Assembly (NCBI GenBank): GCA_036165455.1
Contig: JAYZIQ010000035.1
Location: 1 to 33,306, forward strand
Source: Chloroflexota bacterium
GTDB taxonomy: Bacteria > Chloroflexota > Dehalococcoidia > Lucifugimonadales > Lucifugimonadaceae
Direction of reading: 5' to 3'
Length of the DNA stretch: 33,306 nucleotides
The notes beneath the pieces were generated by a model. It did not search any database. It was not told where the DNA came from and saw only the letters and a list, made by a program, of their open reading frames with translations. Below, piece after piece: positions 29,301 through 33,306 of this stretch. How positions within the stretch are numbered: the first letter of the stretch is position 1; each line of letters starts with the position of its first letter. Position numbers and translations under genes: made by a program.

Positions 29301-29817
29301 TTCAGAGTATGTTTTTGAAAACTTTCCATTATCTTCAATTAAAGATAAGTCAATGATAGAAAAAAAATCTTTAGTTACCCCTATTGCTGTAATTAGCTGG
29401 AAAGGAATATCAATTGTTGGATTGTGGGCATTTCTGTCATTAATTTTTATAGGCCTAATAGGGTTTTATATTGCAAATGAGATTCAGTCTTCGCTGGATA
29501 ATGCTATTAATGAGGCAATAGGTTTTGCTCCTTTTAGTAAATTTATAATGTCATATTTTGAATATGGAGCAGTTATATTTTCTGGAGTAATATCTGGAGT
29601 AATATCTGGGTTAATTATCTCTAGGATTTTGAATCAACTTGTAATGGCATTAGATGAAAGCACATTAACAAATTTTCCTGAAACACTAATAATATCTTGG
29701 GGATATGTATTTTATGCTTTATTATTGCTAGGGATACTTTATATTTTCTGTTCTTTCACGTTTTCATTTATTTCTACTAGGACAAATATTGCTGAAGAGC
29801 TAAAGAAAGTAAATTAG
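26395..29817 (+). CDS. Giant ABC-transporter permease with two FtsX-type membrane modules and two large extracytoplasmic domains (1140 aa)
   Basis: N-terminal TM, a roughly 330 aa soluble region, then a TM cluster with the FtsX-like signature EEINYLFLRGTSKFGVIKYFLFEWIIFG. Further TMs follow, then a roughly 400 aa soluble region and a C-terminal TM cluster (EAIGFAPFSKFIMSYFEYGAVIFSG). Confidence 0.8.
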   Translation: MFKYIFYRAKSQWKILSLLWLSFLIANTFIISGPSYLDWVKGMIYKDALNQVPVTTKNISITTGNQPLIKDSFEENNSIIINLASSDLGDLFINQSSVLQSTEYYWGKIEPDKSRTASLLTFVALSNKDKFINSVNENSIEENYINVMAPKKRLDDLGLKVGDILRADSIKGSSGNIDSGLKETKENIKNFIVQIEAAGGSAEDIFVDSENPTIGNIDINELKQGLSTFGVENLEELNQFLNEDLSETLTSDLELRVSGYFDDIPNNELFGYYDELFLPPSPCMTCQLPLVLVMNQDDYFNFLQPLTKGLPVRAWWYLDIAHEKLTENIDKNYLPNLQNFEKNMLISFPQATVLTQLDRVTEKTDNEMNFVRAPVLMIFSLLVIFSSTLLAMFSFLINQERKEEINYLFLRGTSKFGVIKYFLFEWIIFGIPIMIIAPILSNVVLNFVISTYLNQEPIGTNWLFIFKIESLFISIVFLLIACLFSFIIYLAFNNQIINSKRLFVIGTSVKNNVFTKYFLDLFIAAGSILIFFELRMRVLSSVAENLILNQYTFFLMSLVLMIFLTMVLIRILPILLKILSIIGAVAYTPLYLSSKKLSKNSNWYLWLFLIVALGMTSFIVISSIQSSLEKSKKDKSSFITISDFRISESSPFGIEEEYISNLKDQQGVNIVGRMNRISGNSGTTGSGTDAQLLGIDKNLVDIAWTREDFFYEGKEQLFSEWKNNEYDPGILIEDNVSSINIKNYSDKDLEDSFLWVIVKGSDSRITAVSLGSIEPDKWTTNSVKLKNIKFPARLIGVEVYEPSSEDNSVPFTLYLESISFLDNNSNIVNQTSFKDNFNWSPMPTSEGFDTNIEIGDESLIIKLGNGSTKGIRGIYVSDYSEGIPIIASDQFIANSGKNIGDQVIFYAAGSYIPMKISKSAKYFPGTSDDNNFILVDLKVLKNYLELTKLQSFRPNELVVDVQDGYQEKVSEYVFENFPLSSIKDKSMIEKKSLVTPIAVISWKGISIVGLWAFLSLIFIGLIGFYIANEIQSSLDNAINEAIGFAPFSKFIMSYFEYGAVIFSGVISGVISGLIISRILNQLVMALDESTLTNFPETLIISWGYVFYALLLLGILYIFCSFTFSFISTRTNIAEELKKVN

Positions 29818-32800
29818 ATGTTATTTAGATTAATTTTAAAAAGATATTTACATAGGTGGAAGTTTTTAGTTGTTGTTTTTGCTGGAATGCTTCTCTCAAG
29901 CTCAACTATGTCTGGGTCTTTAATGTACTTTGATTCACTTAGAGATATTGCTCTAGATTTCGAATTAGCAAAAGTTTCATCAGACGAAATGGATATTATT
30001 GTTTCATCCTCAGAAAAACCATTAATGGGAGAAAAATATTTATCTTTAAAGCAAGACATTGAGTCCCAATTGATTAATCCATTAGAGAGGTATTCTAATC
30101 AAACTTTTTATGGGGTTAAATCTTCTACCTTTTTGCCAACCGAATGGAATGAAGGAGGAGAAGAATTAGTAAAAGGTGCAGCATCCAAATCAACAGCATT
30201 ATGCAATTCTGAAGAACAAGTTTTAAGCAATTCTGTTCTTGAAATATGCAAAAGATATTATTTCACTTATTTTGGAAAAAGCTCTTTGAATAAATATTTT
30301 AATATAGAAAATAACAAGACTTTAGAAAGCGCTGATGGAGATTATTTTGAGGTCTTCATTGATCGAGATGTAGCAACTTTTTTTAATTTAAACATTGGGG
30401 ATTCAATTGATATTGAGGCCTATTGGGATGAACCTAACCCAATCACTAAAGTCTTTATTTGGGGATTTTATGATCTTGGAGATAATGCAAACTTTAATAA
30501 TTTCTATCTTGAAAATTTTCAGCAAAAAGACTCATCTTTTGTATTTGCAAATTTAATAATTTCCAATGAAGAAGATTTAGAAAAACTTGGAGATAAATTT
30601 GTATCTATGGATTCAAGTTTATATTGGAAATCAGATATTAATGAAGAGAAAATAAACTCAAATGAAGTAGATAGTTTGAATAGTATTTTAGTGGACGTGC
30701 CTCCAAATTTATCATCAAAATATGATAACTTTTCATTTAATACTAGCATTGTTGAATCATTAAATAATTTTGACAATAATTTATCAACAGCTGCAATACC
30801 AATGAAAACAATATTGATTCTTATTTCAGTGGTTGTCATATTCTTTGTTTTTTCTTTAGTAAGTTTAATAGTTGAGGATCAGAAAGAAGAGATCACTTTT
30901 TTAAGCTCAAGAGGTGCAAGTCTTAAACAAATATATATCATATTTAACTTAGAATTTATGCTCATGGCTATTTTAGTTTCTTTTCTTGGGCCTTTTGCTG
31001 CTTTTGGGGCAATAAAGTTTGCTTCACTTCTTCCATGGCTTTCTAATATGCTTGGAGACAGTAATGTTTATGTGGGCATTACCTTGACCGCATTTTTATT
31101 TTCTACATTGGGAGGGTTGGTGTCACTTTCTGCTGTGATTATTCCAACATTTTTCTTTTTAAGAAGCAAGCTAAAGATCTCTTCGGTTGATGAAAGAGAG
31201 GAGCCTAGTTTTGTTCAAAGGTATTATTTAGACGTCGGCTCTCTTTTAATCGCATTATTGCTTATGTGGCAGATCTCGCAGTCTCAATCAGTTTTTGTTC
31301 AAAATTTAATTGGCGAAAGTATTATAGCTAATATAATTCTGCTGATGCCTTCTTTTATTTTATTAGGATCTGGAATTGTTCTGTTAAGAATTTTTCCATT
31401 AATTATTAGGTCATTATCAATTCTTCTATCTTTGAGAGTTATTTCCCGAATTGTTCCTTCATGGATTGTGTTGAGTCTTTGGCATATTGGAAGAAGCTCT
31501 AACACTTATTCAAGAATGTCATTACTGATTATACTTGCAGCAGCATTAGGCATGTTTACGTCAAGCTTTAAAGCTACTCTAGATAAAAGTATAGAAGATA
31601 CTGTCTCTTATAGGGTTGGGTCTGAATTTAGAATTGATGGATTGCAAATTCCATGGAATGGAGATAGTAAAAACGTAAATAATTTTTCATTTAATAATAA
31701 TGTCATTGAGGCTCATAGATCTTCTGAGAGGGTGAAAGCTTCTGTTTTGGGCCCATCATTCACATTATTATCAATTTATTCCTCTAAATTAAAAAACGAT
31801 TCTATTTTTTGGAGAAACGATTTTTCATCTGGACTAGAGTCTATTTCTTCAAAAATTAAGCCTTTATCCTATGAACCTATTAAATTGCATGAAGAAGCAG
31901 ATTTATTAGGAATTCAGTTGAGGTTGATTCTTGAGCCATCAAGAGTTTCAAATTATCATGGAGCTGGAGGATCTCCTCATTTAATATTGGCTGCCAAACT
32001 TTCTGATGCTAATTCAAGGTTTTACACAGCTTATTTTAATGCAACAGATTGCGGAATAGCTATGATGGCAAATATTGAGTTTGCCAAGTCTAATGAGGAT
32101 TATTGGTGCGATGTTATAACTCCTATAAAACCCGAACTGCTTAATCCTTATATTCGCACAGGAAGATGGTTTGGTATAACAAAAAAAGATGATCCAAGAA
32201 ATGCACCTTTTGTGCCAGAGTATCCAATTTCATTACATTCCATATTTATCACTTCACCTTCAAAAGAATTAGACCCAGGAGCAATAGATTTTCACAAAAT
32301 AATGTCTATGAAAGGATCTGTGTCATTAGGAATTCCTAGCCCAGAAGAAACTTTAAGTGAATATTATTTTGATAATGACTGGCATATATTAAATACAACC
32401 CCTCAATCATTATCTGATAATTTAATTTTTACAAAAGATAAAAAAGAATTTTTAAGGTACCAATGGACTAATGGCGATACCAGACAGTTAAGGGGTTTTT
32501 CTAAATATGATTCTGATAAACCAATTGAAGTCGTAGTAAGTAAATCTTTTATGGAAAAAATTGATGCTAAAATTGGTGATGTAGTTACTGTTACAATAAT
32601 GGCTAGTGAGTTCTCAATTAAAATAATGGATTCGATTAACTTCTTTCCTACACTTTATCCAGACTCCGAACCATTTGTAATTGCTGAGTTAAATGATGTA
32701 GTTACTGGGGCGAATGTTAGGAAAAAGCAAGGCGATAATCAGGCAAATGAAATATGGATTACCAATACACAAATTCAAGAAAAATATTTGGACACTAATG

Positions 32801-33306
32801 TTGTATTGAGTGATGTAGTAAACGAATTAAACATCCAAGGAATTCCGTATGGATCTGTATTCAGCAACGAAAAATCTCTAGAAGGTCAAAAGATAGACCC
32901 TCTAGTTTTTGCAGGCTGGCAAACATTATTATTAATTTCTTTTGGCACCGTTGCATTGGTTAGTATTGTTGGATTTTTAATACATTCTAGGGTCTCTTTT
33001 AAAAAAAGAAATCTTGAATTCGCTACCTTAAAAAGCATCGGAATTTCGAGAGCACAAATTATTGTGTTAATCGCTCTAGAGCAAATAATTGTTATTGGGC
33101 TTGCAGTAGCCTTAGGAATTGTTTTGGGTTCTAGGCTTTCATCAACCGTGATGCCTTATTTGATTAGCCCAGAATCTTCAAATTCGTTAATCCCTCCAAT
33201 GATTAATTCTGTTCAGTGGTTAGATTTTAGTATTGTTTTTGGATTAGTTGGAATATTATTTCTAGTAATAATTATTTTTACTATAATTTCAGTGTTTAGA
33301 ATTTCT
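29818..33306 (+). CDS. Second giant double-FtsX permease paralogue, 3'-partial (runs off the window, more than 1163 aa)
   Basis: Not in the supplied ORF track. I translated from ATG 29818 (immediately after the TAG of the previous gene, same frame) to 33306 and found no stop. The architecture matches the upstream gene: MLFRLILKRYLHRWKFLVVVFAGML N-terminal TM, EEITFLSSRGASLKQIYIIFNLEFMLMA, a MacB-like periplasmic segment IEVVVSKSFMEKIDAKIGDVVTV, and C-terminal FATLKSIGISRAQIIVLIALEQIIVIGLAVALG. Confidence 0.78.
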   Translation, partial: MLFRLILKRYLHRWKFLVVVFAGMLLSSSTMSGSLMYFDSLRDIALDFELAKVSSDEMDIIVSSSEKPLMGEKYLSLKQDIESQLINPLERYSNQTFYGVKSSTFLPTEWNEGGEELVKGAASKSTALCNSEEQVLSNSVLEICKRYYFTYFGKSSLNKYFNIENNKTLESADGDYFEVFIDRDVATFFNLNIGDSIDIEAYWDEPNPITKVFIWGFYDLGDNANFNNFYLENFQQKDSSFVFANLIISNEEDLEKLGDKFVSMDSSLYWKSDINEEKINSNEVDSLNSILVDVPPNLSSKYDNFSFNTSIVESLNNFDNNLSTAAIPMKTILILISVVVIFFVFSLVSLIVEDQKEEITFLSSRGASLKQIYIIFNLEFMLMAILVSFLGPFAAFGAIKFASLLPWLSNMLGDSNVYVGITLTAFLFSTLGGLVSLSAVIIPTFFFLRSKLKISSVDEREEPSFVQRYYLDVGSLLIALLLMWQISQSQSVFVQNLIGESIIANIILLMPSFILLGSGIVLLRIFPLIIRSLSILLSLRVISRIVPSWIVLSLWHIGRSSNTYSRMSLLIILAAALGMFTSSFKATLDKSIEDTVSYRVGSEFRIDGLQIPWNGDSKNVNNFSFNNNVIEAHRSSERVKASVLGPSFTLLSIYSSKLKNDSIFWRNDFSSGLESISSKIKPLSYEPIKLHEEADLLGIQLRLILEPSRVSNYHGAGGSPHLILAAKLSDANSRFYTAYFNATDCGIAMMANIEFAKSNEDYWCDVITPIKPELLNPYIRTGRWFGITKKDDPRNAPFVPEYPISLHSIFITSPSKELDPGAIDFHKIMSMKGSVSLGIPSPEETLSEYYFDNDWHILNTTPQSLSDNLIFTKDKKEFLRYQWTNGDTRQLRGFSKYDSDKPIEVVVSKSFMEKIDAKIGDVVTVTIMASEFSIKIMDSINFFPTLYPDSEPFVIAELNDVVTGANVRKKQGDNQANEIWITNTQIQEKYLDTNVVLSDVVNELNIQGIPYGSVFSNEKSLEGQKIDPLVFAGWQTLLLISFGTVALVSIVGFLIHSRVSFKKRNLEFATLKSIGISRAQIIVLIALEQIIVIGLAVALGIVLGSRLSSTVMPYLISPESSNSLIPPMINSVQWLDFSIVFGLVGILFLVIIIFTIISVFRIS

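Noticed and set aside
29815-29820. TAG readthrough fusing the two FtsX permeases into one protein of more than 2300 aa
   Set aside because: The second ORF begins with its own ATG and an N-terminal TM segment paralogous to the N-terminus of the first protein. TAG-ATG abutment is ordinary translational coupling.

Overview
AT-rich, very gene-dense stretch of a bacterial chromosome. Only four non-coding gaps exceed 60 bp, and many neighbouring genes overlap by 1-14 nt. Stop codons are standard: mostly TAA/TAG, with TGA ending three genes at the expected positions. The content is mainly core housekeeping:
- dnaA, intact except for one in-frame TGA, and fmt.
- A co-directional seven-gene replication/repair array: hyp-ybeY-dnaX-ybaB-recR-recO-uvrA.
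- A long-form gyrB.
- An acoABC-type E1alpha/E1beta/E2 operon, followed by a GGDGT kinase-like gene, a degenerate IMPase-like gene and a VOC gene.
- Scattered sugar-acid genes: a rhamnonate-dehydratase-like enolase, rhaM, a short UxuA-like dehydratase and an ALDH, the last two in an operon that begins with a nitroreductase.
- ggt, a secreted S1 protease and trpB.
- Two tandem giant double-FtsX permease paralogues (1140 aa and more than 1163 aa). The second is missing from the supplied ORF track because it runs off the window.

I saw no rRNA, tRNA, CRISPR, transposase/integrase or recognisable defence genes, and I cannot point to a clearly novel multi-gene system. The observations most worth following up are the TGA inside dnaA, the back-to-back giant FtsX pair, the overlapping kinase-like/IMPase-like pair after the aco genes, the repeat-dense dnaA-fmt spacer, and several perfect in-frame tandem duplications in linker regions. 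Taxonomy cannot be assigned from the sequence alone; a streamlined uncultured (possibly marine) bacterium is only a guess.
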